Assembly: GCA_041554195.1 (NCBI GenBank)
Contig: JBFFMJ010000008.1
Coordinates: 69,359-133,358 of the forward strand
Length of the DNA stretch: 64,000 bases
From: Thiohalomonadaceae bacterium
GTDB lineage: Bacteria > Pseudomonadota > Gammaproteobacteria > Thiohalomonadales > Thiohalomonadaceae
Direction: 5' to 3'
Shown here: positions 30,584 to 40,044 of the stretch, piece after piece
Numbering within the stretch: the first letter of the stretch is position 1
How the letters are laid out: each line of letters opens with the position of its first letter
The notes under the pieces: generated by a model
Told to the model about the DNA's origin: nothing
Database searches by the model: none
The model's input: the letters and a program-made list of their open reading frames with translations, nothing else
Program-made: the position numbers and the translations under genes

Positions 30584-31128
30584 AAAAGGTAATGATAACC
30601 GGCGTATGGCCGCTGCTTTTGCTGGCGATGTTCTCAAGTGTATCGCCTGCCGCCGAGTCACAGGACGAGGTTAGTTGGGGCGAGCCGCTGATACTCTCCA
30701 GCAATCTTGCTGCCGAGGTGGTTAAGAGTCCGTTTGCTGAGGGTGACATGGTGAAAAAAGGTGCCCTGCTGCTGCAGCTGGAGAGTGGCGTGGCACGTGC
30801 GCGGTTGGAACAGGCTGTTGCCGAGCTGACCCACCAGAAGTTATTGCTGACAGAGGCGCAGAATGAACTGCAACGCAGTGAGGAGCTTTATGAGCGCACC
30901 CTGCTTTCGGATCACGATCTCGACCTGGCTCGCATTGCCCACGCTGCGGCCCAGAGTAGTTACAGCCGTGCCAGGGCTGAGCGAGTGGTGGCGCAGCATG
31001 AGCTGGCGTTAAGACGCGTGGTCGCGCCGTTTGATGCTCAGGTGCTGGAGGTGTTTGTTCGAGCCGGTGAGACAATTAACGGTCAGTTTAATTCGGTCAA
31101 GCTCATCGCATTGCGACCACTGAAGTAA
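30580..31128 (+). CDS. Truncated HlyD/MFP-like adaptor with only lipoyl halves and an alpha-hairpin
   Basis: 182 aa with a signal peptide. Lipoyl half 1 is VVKSPFAEGDMVKKGALLLQLE, followed by a ~75-aa coiled-coil hairpin and lipoyl half 2 (VVAPFDAQVLEVFVRAGETI). The protein ends before any beta-barrel or membrane-proximal domain. The GTG start overlaps the tolC stop. Confidence 0.6.
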   Translation: MKKVMITGVWPLLLLAMFSSVSPAAESQDEVSWGEPLILSSNLAAEVVKSPFAEGDMVKKGALLLQLESGVARARLEQAVAELTHQKLLLTEAQNELQRSEELYERTLLSDHDLDLARIAHAAAQSSYSRARAERVVAQHELALRRVVAPFDAQVLEVFVRAGETINGQFNSVKLIALRPLK

Positions 31129-31158
31129 GCGTCAATAAATGGCCTTGGTGAGACTAGC

Positions 31159-31428
31159 GTGAGTCGATGCCTCCGTTGTGTGGTCAGCGGTCGGGTGCAG
31201 GGGGTGTGGTTTCGCGCCTCAACGCAACAGCGGGCGACGCAACTTGGTATTAGCGGTTCTGCCCGCAACCTGCCTGATGGAAAGGTAGAGGTGATCGCCT
31301 GTGGTGAGATCCGTGCGCTGGAGGAGTTGCGTGACTGGTTGTGGCAGGGGCCGGAGCATGCCCGTGTTGATGATGTGTGCTGTGAGCCCCTGGTGATAGA
31401 GCGGCCTGCCCGTTTTACCACCGGCTAA
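31159..31428 (+). CDS. acyP: Acylphosphatase
   Basis: 89 aa. VSGRVQGVWFRASTQQRA...GSARNLPDGKVEV is the acylphosphatase signature. Confidence 0.85.
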   Translation: MSRCLRCVVSGRVQGVWFRASTQQRATQLGISGSARNLPDGKVEVIACGEIRALEELRDWLWQGPEHARVDDVCCEPLVIERPARFTTG

Positions 31429-31430
31429 AA

Positions 31431-32060
31431 TTATTTGTACCAGGTGGTACGTTGCGCCTTGAAGACCTTGCCGGGGTAGCGGTAACTGCCGCGACTGCCG
31501 TTATAGCGTGCCAGCGCACGGGTAATATTCTCCTTCTCCATATCCAGATAGTAGCGCAGGATAGTGCAGCCAAAACGCAGATTGGTCTGTAGCTCGAACA
31601 GGTTGTCTTCGGGACGCCCTAGCTCCTTAAGCCAGAACGGCATGACCTGCATCAGCCCGCGTGCGCCGGCATTCGATATGGCAAAACGGTCAAAATTACT
31701 CTCTACCTGAATGACCGAGAGCACCAGCTCCGGTGAGAGTTTGGCGCGTCTCGCCTCGTGGTGTACTAGCTGCAACAACTGCAGCAGATTTTGCTCGTCC
31801 ACCTGGCGAGTTTTCAGGCGGTTCTTCAGCCGCTGAGACATATCGACCAGCCATACCTCGGCATCAAAACGATCCAGTCCGTTGTCCCGCTCCGCCAGCG
31901 CCTCTACCAGTCGCTGTTTGAGAGCGTGATCGACATTGGCCTGCTGCTGATTGGCAACCGCGACGGTAGCGGAGAACAGCACCGGCAGGCACAGCATACA
32001 TGCTGCGCCTGATTTTATTACGCTCTGAATGGTGTTTTTCATGGTCGAAATCATCTTCAC
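31431..32060 (-). CDS. Lytic transglycosylase (Slt/MltE-like domain)
   Basis: Signal peptide. Motifs VIQVESNF (catalytic Glu in the ES motif), GARGLMQVMP and YLDM...ALARYNGS. Confidence 0.8.
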   Translation of the reverse strand: MKMISTMKNTIQSVIKSGAACMLCLPVLFSATVAVANQQQANVDHALKQRLVEALAERDNGLDRFDAEVWLVDMSQRLKNRLKTRQVDEQNLLQLLQLVHHEARRAKLSPELVLSVIQVESNFDRFAISNAGARGLMQVMPFWLKELGRPEDNLFELQTNLRFGCTILRYYLDMEKENITRALARYNGSRGSYRYPGKVFKAQRTTWYK

Positions 32061-32101
32061 TTATAGGCTACCATCCCTTCATCATAATTTGGGAAGGTGT
32101 G

Positions 32102-32716
32102 ATGGGGCAATCTTTAGAGGGTGGGGCAGGGATGAGGAGGTGGTGGCATTGGCAACCGCCGTTGCTGTTGGCGTTACTTTCAGTTGTTGTTGCACTGCTA
32201 GGAACCGGGGCCGCTGAGCTGTTGCGCTATCAGCGTGATCTGATTTTTGCCGCTGAGTGGTGGCGGCTGTTTAGCGCTCACCTGGTTCATCTTGGCTGGT
32301 CACATTTATGGCTTAATCTTGCCGGCTTGTTATTGGTGTGGCTGTTGGTCGGCAGGGTATTTTCGTTACGCAACTGGTGGTGGCTGATCGGTTTTTCTTT
32401 GCTGGGAATTTCGCTTGGTCTGCTGTGGTGGTTGCCAGAGCTGGCCTGGTACGTTGGACTCTCCGGCGTGCTGCACGGGATGTTGTTCGCGGGGAGTTTA
32501 CAGCAGGCGCGACAGGGTGAGCGTGAGGCACTGTTGGTGGTGGCAGTTGTTAGTGCCAAGGTAGTCTGGGAGTTGTGGAAGGGACCACTGCCCGGCAGCC
32601 GTGAGGCGGCCGGTGGCGAGGTGGTGGTGCAGGCGCACGCGCTGGGGTGTCTCAGTGGCGCAATCTATGTTGCGCTACTGAGGGTGGTGGGGCACCGTCG
32701 GCCGATCAGCGCTTGA
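32102..32716 (+). CDS. rrtA: Rhombosortase (rhomboid-family GlyGly-CTERM processing protease)
   Basis: [36 protein letters not shown] matches the rhombosortase N-terminal signature. GLSGVLHG holds the catalytic Ser and AHALG the catalytic His. The start is ambiguous (32102 or 32132). The 3' end overlaps the proS stop convergently by 11 nt. Confidence 0.7.
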   Translation: MGQSLEGGAGMRRWWHWQPPLLLALLSVVVALLGTGAAELLRYQRDLIFAAEWWRLFSAHLVHLGWSHLWLNLAGLLLVWLLVGRVFSLRNWWWLIGFSLLGISLGLLWWLPELAWYVGLSGVLHGMLFAGSLQQARQGEREALLVVAVVSAKVVWELWKGPLPGSREAAGGEVVVQAHALGCLSGAIYVALLRVVGHRRPISA

Positions 32717-34430
32717 GCTTTTCCGCCAGGAAGGCCTGCAGCTCATCAAGTGGGATGTCCTGATTCTCCGCGTCGCGTCGGCCCTTATACTCCAGTGCGC
32801 CGTTCTTCAGGCCGCGCTCACCAATGACGACACGGTGTGGGATGCCGATTAACTCCATGTCGGCAAACATCACCCCGGCACGCTCGTTGCGATCATCCAG
32901 CAAGACTTCAAAGCCTGCCGCGGTGAGTTCGGCATAGAGTTTTTCAGCCGCTTCGCGTACCGCATCGGACTTGTGCATATTCATCGGCAGGATGGCGAGC
33001 TGGAACGGGGCGATGGCGTCAGGCCAGATGATCCCCTTGTCGTCGTGGTTCTGCTCGATGGCGGAGGCGACCACGCGAGAGACACCGATGCCGTAGCAGC
33101 CCATGGTCATGGTGGCCGCCTTGCCGTTCTCATCCAGTACCGTGGCCTTCATCGCCTCGCTGTACTTGGTGCCGAGCTGGAAGATGTGGCCCACCTCGAT
33201 ACCGCGCTTGATGGTGAGTACCCCCTTGCCGTCGGGGCTGGCATCACCCTCGACCACGTTGCGCAGGTCGGCCAGCTCGGGCTCGGGTAGGTCACGGCCC
33301 CAGTTGACACCGGTCAGGTGTTTGCCATCTTCGTTGGCACCACAGATGAAATCAGCCACAAAGGCGGCATCGCGGTCGACGAAGAGCGGGGTGCCTACTC
33401 CCACCGGCCCGATGGAGCCGGGCTCGCAGCCGATGGCGGCGCGGATGTCGTCATCCGAGGCCATGGTCAACGGGGCGAAGACCTGCGGCAGTTTCTCCGC
33501 CTTGATTTCGTTCAGTTCGTGGTCGCCGCGCAGCACCAGTGCCACCACACCTTCCGCCTCACCATTCTCATCGGCACCACGCACTACCAGGGTCTTCAGG
33601 GTCTGCTTTGCATCGACCTTGAGGAAGCCGCTGACCTCCTCAATGGAGTGTTGCTTGGGGGTATCGACCACGCTCATTTCGGCCGTAGCTACCGGGCGCT
33701 TTCCCTGCGGTGCCAGCGCCTCGGCCTTCTCAACATTGGCGGCGTAGTCGCTTTCGGTGGAGAAGGCGATGGCATCCTCGCCCGAGTCGGCGAGGACGTG
33801 GAATTCGTGTGAGGCGCTACCACCGATGGCCCCGGTATCGGCCAGTACCGGACGGAACTCCAGCCCCAGGCGGGTGAAGATGCGGGTATAGGTGGCGTGC
33901 ATCACCTCGTAGGTCTGCTGCAGCGACTCCGCGTTGAGGTGGAAGGAGTAGGCGTCCTTCATCAGGAACTCGCGGGCGCGCATTACGCCAAAGCGGGGGC
34001 GGCGCTCGTCGCGGAATTTGGTCTGAATTTGGTAGAAGTTGGCGGGCAGCTGCTTGTAGCTGCGTAGCTCATTACGAATGAGGTCGGTGATGATCTCCTC
34101 ATGGGTGGGACCGAAACAGAACTCGCGGTTGTGGCGGTCGGTAAGGCGCAGCATCTCGGCACCCATTGCATCCCAGCGGCCCGACTCCTGCCACAGCTCG
34201 GCCGGCTGCACGGCGGGCATCAGCACCTCCTGGCCACCCGCGCGGTCCATCTCCTCGCGCACGATAGCCTCTACCTTGCGCAGTACCCGTAGCCCCATCG
34301 GCAGCCAGGTGTAGAGGCCGGAGGCGAGCTTGCGAATTAAACCGGCACGGAGCATCAGCTGATGGCTGATCACCTCGGCGTCGGCGGGGGTCTCTTTAAC
34401 GGTGGCGATAAGGTATTGGCTGGTGCGCAT
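32706..34430 (-). CDS. proS: Proline--tRNA ligase (bacterial type with editing insertion)
   Basis: 574 aa. Blocks [47 protein letters not shown] and GCYGIGVSR. Confidence 0.95.
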   Translation of the reverse strand: MRTSQYLIATVKETPADAEVISHQLMLRAGLIRKLASGLYTWLPMGLRVLRKVEAIVREEMDRAGGQEVLMPAVQPAELWQESGRWDAMGAEMLRLTDRHNREFCFGPTHEEIITDLIRNELRSYKQLPANFYQIQTKFRDERRPRFGVMRAREFLMKDAYSFHLNAESLQQTYEVMHATYTRIFTRLGLEFRPVLADTGAIGGSASHEFHVLADSGEDAIAFSTESDYAANVEKAEALAPQGKRPVATAEMSVVDTPKQHSIEEVSGFLKVDAKQTLKTLVVRGADENGEAEGVVALVLRGDHELNEIKAEKLPQVFAPLTMASDDDIRAAIGCEPGSIGPVGVGTPLFVDRDAAFVADFICGANEDGKHLTGVNWGRDLPEPELADLRNVVEGDASPDGKGVLTIKRGIEVGHIFQLGTKYSEAMKATVLDENGKAATMTMGCYGIGVSRVVASAIEQNHDDKGIIWPDAIAPFQLAILPMNMHKSDAVREAAEKLYAELTAAGFEVLLDDRNERAGVMFADMELIGIPHRVVIGERGLKNGALEYKGRRDAENQDIPLDELQAFLAEKLKR

Positions 34431-34465
34431 GGTATCGATCTTTTGTTCGGTGGACGAAGCAGGGG

Positions 34466-34520
34466 ATTCTACGCGAGATCCTGCGGCTGATAAATCAGCT
34501 TAGGGGTCTGACGCGTCAGA
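34466..34520 (-). promoter_or_regulatory. Putative proS promoter with two CTGA-N4-TCAG palindromes
   Basis: On the minus strand, a TAGAAT -10-like hexamer (34466-34471) and a 17-nt spacer place a weak -35 (TTTATC) inside palindrome GCTGATAAATCAGC (34486-34499). A second palindrome TCTGACGCGTCAGA lies at 34507-34520. The centres are 21 bp apart. Confidence 0.3.
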
Positions 34521-34532
34521 TTGCAGGAGTGC

Positions 34533-34544
34533 GGGGGGGGGGGG
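34533..34544. repeat. Homopolymeric G12 (C12 on the gene strand) tract
   Basis: Twelve consecutive G, read directly. The tract starts 11 nt downstream of the DUF4124 stop and lies about 103 nt upstream of the proS ATG. Confidence 0.95.
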
Positions 34545-34555
34545 AATTATCGGGA

Positions 34556-34954
34556 TTAGCGGCAGGATTCGTCCAGTACGGCCTTGATCTCAAAGATCTT
34601 CGCCTCGCGCATCTCTTCGCTGAGTACCGTTACACTACCGGTGCTGTCGGTGATCGGCTGCTTGCTCTCATGGAGTTCAAGTTCCTTATAGAGACCCTGA
34701 CACTTATCGGCCAGCATCTGTGATGCCTCGATATTGTCGGGTAGCGGAACCTCTACGGGGGTGGTGTCCTGTGGCGCTTCTTCAACCGGTAGCGGTACGC
34801 CCTGAATGACCTCTTTACTACCCAGATCATTCGGCGGCTTCTGGCTGTAGTGGACATTGCCCTCTTCGTCGGTCCATTTATAGAGCTTGTCGGCATGTGC
34901 GGCAGTGCTTCCAAGCAGGGCCGTAAGTAGTAGCAATGAGCAGAGGCGAAACAT
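34556..34954 (-). CDS. DUF4124 domain periplasmic protein
   Basis: Signal peptide followed by LYKWTDEEGNVHYSQKPP, the DUF4124 signature. Confidence 0.75.
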   Translation of the reverse strand: MFRLCSLLLLTALLGSTAAHADKLYKWTDEEGNVHYSQKPPNDLGSKEVIQGVPLPVEEAPQDTTPVEVPLPDNIEASQMLADKCQGLYKELELHESKQPITDSTGSVTVLSEEMREAKIFEIKAVLDESCR

Positions 34955-35163
34955 ACTTATCCTTAGTGTGAGGGGGGAGCTATTGTGACAATCATATCAT
35001 GCACGGGTTCAAAGTCTTCTGATTTCAGCCTGTTAGGCCCTGTTACTGCTTGACCTAGCGGCGGAATGTAAGTAGTTTTCCCTTAATTCGCAACTTCTTA
35101 TATACTTGCCCGTTTTCGCGGGCATTTTTGTCTATTTTAGATACCGAGCCAGGAGACTCTTAA

Positions 35164-36858
35164 GTGGAATTGACCGGTGCAGATATTCTAGTACGTTTCC
35201 TGCAGGACGAGGGCGTGGATCACGTCTTTGGTTATCCGGGTGGGGCGGTACTGCACATCTATGATGCGCTCTACCGGCAGGACAAGCTTAAGCATATTCT
35301 GGTGCGCCACGAGCAGGCGGCCACCCATGCGGCGGACGGTTACGCCCGTTCCACCGGCAAGCCCGGCGTGGTGCTGGTCACTTCCGGCCCGGGTGCCACC
35401 AATGCCGTCACCGGTATCGCGACCGCCTATATGGACTCGGTGCCGATGGTGGTGATCACCGGTCAGGTGCCCATGGCGTTGATCGGTAACGACGCCTTTC
35501 AGGAGGTTGATACCGTCGGTATCACCCGCCCCTGCGTGAAACACAACTTCCTGGTGAAGGACGTGAATGACCTGGCGGTGACCCTGAAAAAGGCCTTTTA
35601 TATCGCCACCACCGGGCGTCCCGGTCCGGTCGTAGTCGACATCCCCAAGGATGTCACCGCTGACCGCGCCCAGTATATCTTCCCCAAAAAGGTGAGCATG
35701 CGCTCCTATAATCCGGTGGTGAAGGGGCATGCAGGGCAGATCAAGAAGGCGGTGAATATGATGCTCACCGCCAAGCGCCCGATTTTCTATGCCGGCGGCG
35801 GTATCATCCTTGCCGATGCAGCCAGGCCGATGACCGAGCTGGCGCATCAGCTCGGCTTTCCGGTCACCAACACCTCAATGGGGCTGGGTGGATTCCCGGC
35901 GACCGACAAGCAGTTTGTCGGCATGCTGGGGATGCACGGCACGGTGGAGGCCAATATGGCGATCTCCCACTGTGACCTGCTGATCGCCATCGGCGCCCGC
36001 TTCGATGATCGCGTGACCGGCAAGATCGAGAAATTCGCACCGCACGCCAAGATTATTCATGTCGATATCGACCCCGCCTCCATCTCCAAGAACGTAACGG
36101 TGGATGTGCCAATTGTGGGTGACGTGAACAGCGTGCTGAAGGCGATGATCACCCAGCTTAAGGCGAGCGAGCGCAAGCCCGATGGCGAGGCGCAGGCCAA
36201 GTGGTGGCAGCAGATCGAAGAGTGGCGCGCCAAGGATTGCCTGAAGTACAGCACCGCAGGCAAGCTGATCAAGCCGCAGCATGTGCTCGATACACTCTAT
36301 AAGGTGACCAAAGGCGATGCCTTCGTCACCTCCGATGTGGGCCAGCACCAGATGTGGGCGGCGCAGTTCTACAAGTTCGACAAGCCGCGCCGCTGGATCA
36401 ACTCAGGTGGCCTCGGCACCATGGGCTTCGGCCTGCCCGCGGCGATGGGTGTGCAGTTTGCCCACCCCAAGGCGAAGGTCGCGGCCATCGTTGGCGACGG
36501 CGGCATCCAGATGAATATTCAGGAGCTGGCCACCTGCATGCAGTACGGCCTGCCGATTAAGGTGATCTGCCTGAACAACGGTTTTCTCGGCATGGTGCGC
36601 CAGTGGCAGGAGTTCTTCTACGAGGAGCGCTACTCACAGGTGCACGTCGAGGCGCAGCCCGACTTTGTTAAATTGGCCGAGGCTTATGGTCACGTTGGCA
36701 TGCAGATTGAGAAGCCCGAGGATGTGGAGACGGCGCTGAAAGAGGCGTTTAAGATGAAGGACAAGTTTGTCTTTATGAACTTCATCACCGATCCGGGCGA
36801 AAATGTTTATCCGATGGTGCCCGCCGGTGCCGGACTAGATGAGATGATCCTGATATGA
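35164..36858 (+). CDS. ilvI: Acetolactate synthase (AHAS) large subunit
   Basis: GTG start. ThDP-enzyme blocks [30 protein letters not shown] and [14 protein letters not shown]...GDGGIQMN. Confidence 0.9.
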   Translation: MELTGADILVRFLQDEGVDHVFGYPGGAVLHIYDALYRQDKLKHILVRHEQAATHAADGYARSTGKPGVVLVTSGPGATNAVTGIATAYMDSVPMVVITGQVPMALIGNDAFQEVDTVGITRPCVKHNFLVKDVNDLAVTLKKAFYIATTGRPGPVVVDIPKDVTADRAQYIFPKKVSMRSYNPVVKGHAGQIKKAVNMMLTAKRPIFYAGGGIILADAARPMTELAHQLGFPVTNTSMGLGGFPATDKQFVGMLGMHGTVEANMAISHCDLLIAIGARFDDRVTGKIEKFAPHAKIIHVDIDPASISKNVTVDVPIVGDVNSVLKAMITQLKASERKPDGEAQAKWWQQIEEWRAKDCLKYSTAGKLIKPQHVLDTLYKVTKGDAFVTSDVGQHQMWAAQFYKFDKPRRWINSGGLGTMGFGLPAAMGVQFAHPKAKVAAIVGDGGIQMNIQELATCMQYGLPIKVICLNNGFLGMVRQWQEFFYEERYSQVHVEAQPDFVKLAEAYGHVGMQIEKPEDVETALKEAFKMKDKFVFMNFITDPGENVYPMVPAGAGLDEMILI

Positions 36859-37349
36859 GACATATTATCTCCATCCTGATGGAAAACGAGGCGGGGGCGC
36901 TGTCGCGGGTAGCGGGCCTGTTCTCGGCACGCGGTTATAATATCGAGTCACTGTCGGTGGCCCCGACCGAAGACCCCTCGCTGTCGCGCCTCACCCTGGT
37001 GACCCGCGGCTCGGATCAGATCATCGAGCAGATCATGAAGCAGTTAAATAAACTGATCGACGTGGTCAAGCTGCTGGACCTGACCGAAGGGCCGCACGTT
37101 GAGCGCGAGCTGATGCTGATTAAGGTCAAGGCCAGCAGCGGCACCCAGCGCGAAGAGGTGAAGCGACTGGTCGACATCTTCCGTGGCAATATTATTGATG
37201 TCACCGATAAGAGTTACACTATTGAGCTGACCGGTGATGTGACCAAACTCGACGCCTTTATCGATACCCTGAAAAAGGATGACATTCTGGAGACCGTGCG
37301 CTCCGGGATCACCGGCATTAGCCGGGGCGACAAGGCCCTGCATATTTAA
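36855..37349 (+). CDS. ilvH: Acetolactate synthase small (regulatory) subunit
   Basis: 164 aa. ACT domain [37 protein letters not shown] overlap with ilvI. Confidence 0.9.
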   Translation: MRHIISILMENEAGALSRVAGLFSARGYNIESLSVAPTEDPSLSRLTLVTRGSDQIIEQIMKQLNKLIDVVKLLDLTEGPHVERELMLIKVKASSGTQREEVKRLVDIFRGNIIDVTDKSYTIELTGDVTKLDAFIDTLKKDDILETVRSGITGISRGDKALHI

Positions 37350-37390
37350 TTTTTACATTTAATTTTTATTTTGAACTATCGACTGCTTGA

Positions 37391-38425
<1,035 letters not shown>

Positions 38426-38446
38426 GTTCTTTTTCTTGCTGTGAAG

Positions 38447-38482
38447 AAAGGCCGGTTACCTTTGGGTACCGGCCTTTTTTGT
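38447..38482 (+). terminator. Strong rho-independent terminator after ilvC
   Basis: About a 12-bp stem, aaggccggt(t)acc / ggtaccggcctt, with loop tttg, followed by TTTTTTGTTTT. Confidence 0.85.
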
Positions 38483-38596
38483 TTTGGGGATCTTCCTTCC
38501 AGGATCTGCGTGGGAGTTTGTGGATTTCTTGAAAGTAATATTTGATGTTAAGGTTGGTCTGCGTTCCCACACGGTTCGTGGGTCGAGAGAAAATAT

Positions 38597-39067
38597 ATGG
38601 AATTTGACGTATCTATCTGGGTTTTATTGAAAGTCGCGTTGATCGCGGTTGGTACCTATGTATTGCTGCCACTGTTTCTAGTGATAAGGGACTTTCTCTT
38701 ATGGCAGATCATTGACCACTTTATTATCACAAGTGAACTAAAGCATCAGATTAGTTTGTATTCTGAATGGTTATTTCAGTGGAATACAAAGTTCGCAGGC
38801 AAGGTGTCAATTGAGCACTCTGAATCCAAAACGAAATATTTCATCAACGAAAAGCAGGTAGAACAATATGACTGGGAGAAATTTCGTACAGAACGTGATT
38901 CACTTCAGGAAGCAATGAATAAGTCACTACTGTATATCCATAGGAGAAGTAATCTGGTCACCTGGCTATTGAAACACTATAAGCAAGATTCAAGTAACCC
39001 GATAAAAAAGATGTACGAGGAATCAAATCTCAGAGTAAAAGAGCAATATGAAGAGACAAGAAGCTAA
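38597..39067 (+). CDS. Hypothetical single-pass membrane protein (no recognisable family), AT-rich
   Basis: 156 aa. One N-terminal TM helix (IWVLLKVALIAVGTYVLLPLFLVI) followed by a charged, W/K/E-rich soluble region. Markedly lower GC than the flanking genes. Weak SD (GAGAGA). Confidence 0.5.
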   Translation: MEFDVSIWVLLKVALIAVGTYVLLPLFLVIRDFLLWQIIDHFIITSELKHQISLYSEWLFQWNTKFAGKVSIEHSESKTKYFINEKQVEQYDWEKFRTERDSLQEAMNKSLLYIHRRSNLVTWLLKHYKQDSSNPIKKMYEESNLRVKEQYEETRS

Positions 39068-39074
39068 AAAACCC

Positions 39075-39163
39075 GTAGGTACGATTAGAAACGCGTAATC
39101 GTACACACGCAATCTACCACGCCCCACACATCCGTCCGATTACGCTGCGCTAATCGGACCTAC
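39075..39163. repeat. REP doublet: two inverted copies of a ~30-bp GTAGG-hairpin element
   Basis: Copy A is gtaggtacgattagaaacgcgtaatcgtac (39075-39104). The reverse complement of copy B (39134-39163) is gtaggtccgattagcgcagcgtaatcggac. Each forms a 9-bp stem. One stem difference is compensatory (A-T versus C-G). Confidence 0.65.
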
Positions 39164-39223
39164 CCGACTATGCTTAATGAGGCCCCACGCCGGATCGCGT
39201 AACCAGCAAAAGGAACAAAAGCC

Positions 39224-39973
39224 ATGGACGGCCCAAGACCTATATTCATAAATGATAAATGGCGCACCTTCTCCGAAAGGGTAAAGCACCGCGACAACCA
39301 CCGCTGCCTGCAATGCAACCGCGGCCTGGATGAGGTCACCCTACAGGTACACCACGAGCGATATATCGAGGGCAAGGCTCCGTGGGAGTATGCGTTGAGC
39401 GATTGCCGTACCCTGTGTAAGGGCTGCCACGCCCGTGAACACGGTCAAATCGATCCCGAGCGTGGCTTGACCTTACTGGAGATCGTCGATCTGGGTAGCC
39501 CGGATGGTGTCTGCGAGCGCAGGAATTGCGGCAGTCAGTTCCGCTACGCCAACCTCACTTACCACCCGGTGGCGGGCTATCGCACCGTCGGCAGTACCTG
39601 CATCCAGCATCTCACCCAGGAAGACCAGCTCACCAGCAGCCGTATCGTGCAGCTTTATAAAAACATCAGCGATTTCGTTCATGCATCAGAGTGGCAGGAG
39701 GGGGTGACGAAAAAGGGCAAGCACTACCTAACCACCAGCTATCGCCACCACAGCATCCGGATCTACGGTGATCAAAACCACTACGCCTACCAGCTGGTAT
39801 TTAAGGAGAAGGGGGTGAAGTGGCACACCTACGACGATGTGGTGCCACTACCAAATCGTGGCCTGGAACAGGTAAATGAGCTGGCCTATGTGGTGTTAAA
39901 GGGGACGGTTAGTCGTGATAAAGAGGAGAAGGGGAGGTTGCGTGAGGTGTATCGGCGGCTGGTGCGCTCGTAA
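39224..39973 (+). CDS. HNH endonuclease domain protein with an unassigned ~170-aa C-terminal domain
   Basis: The N-terminal region has HRDNHRCLQCNRG...LQVHHERY...CRTLCKGCHAREHG, a CxxC/HH/CxxCH zinc-finger HNH. The C-terminal region (with CERRNC...TCIQH) was not recognised. AAGGA lies upstream of the ATG. Confidence 0.75.
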   Translation: MDGPRPIFINDKWRTFSERVKHRDNHRCLQCNRGLDEVTLQVHHERYIEGKAPWEYALSDCRTLCKGCHAREHGQIDPERGLTLLEIVDLGSPDGVCERRNCGSQFRYANLTYHPVAGYRTVGSTCIQHLTQEDQLTSSRIVQLYKNISDFVHASEWQEGVTKKGKHYLTTSYRHHSIRIYGDQNHYAYQLVFKEKGVKWHTYDDVVPLPNRGLEQVNELAYVVLKGTVSRDKEEKGRLREVYRRLVRS

Positions 39974-40044
39974 CTAGTCCTGCTGCACCCCCTAAGGTAC
40001 TATAATCCCCCTAAATACCCCGCACAGACGAGCATAACGATCTC

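Noticed and set aside
34999-35124. A mini-ORF MHGFKVF (34999-35022) plus a 6-bp hairpin with a T-run (35107-35130) upstream of ilvI. I considered it as an ilv leader or attenuator.
   Set aside because: The peptide has no run of Val/Leu/Ile codons. The hairpin is short (tgcccg/cgggca), and I could find no competing antiterminator.
39160-39375. A 71-aa minus-strand ORF spanning the REP doublet edge and the HNH gene start.
   Set aside because: It overlaps the well-supported HNH ORF in antisense and has no SD or motifs.
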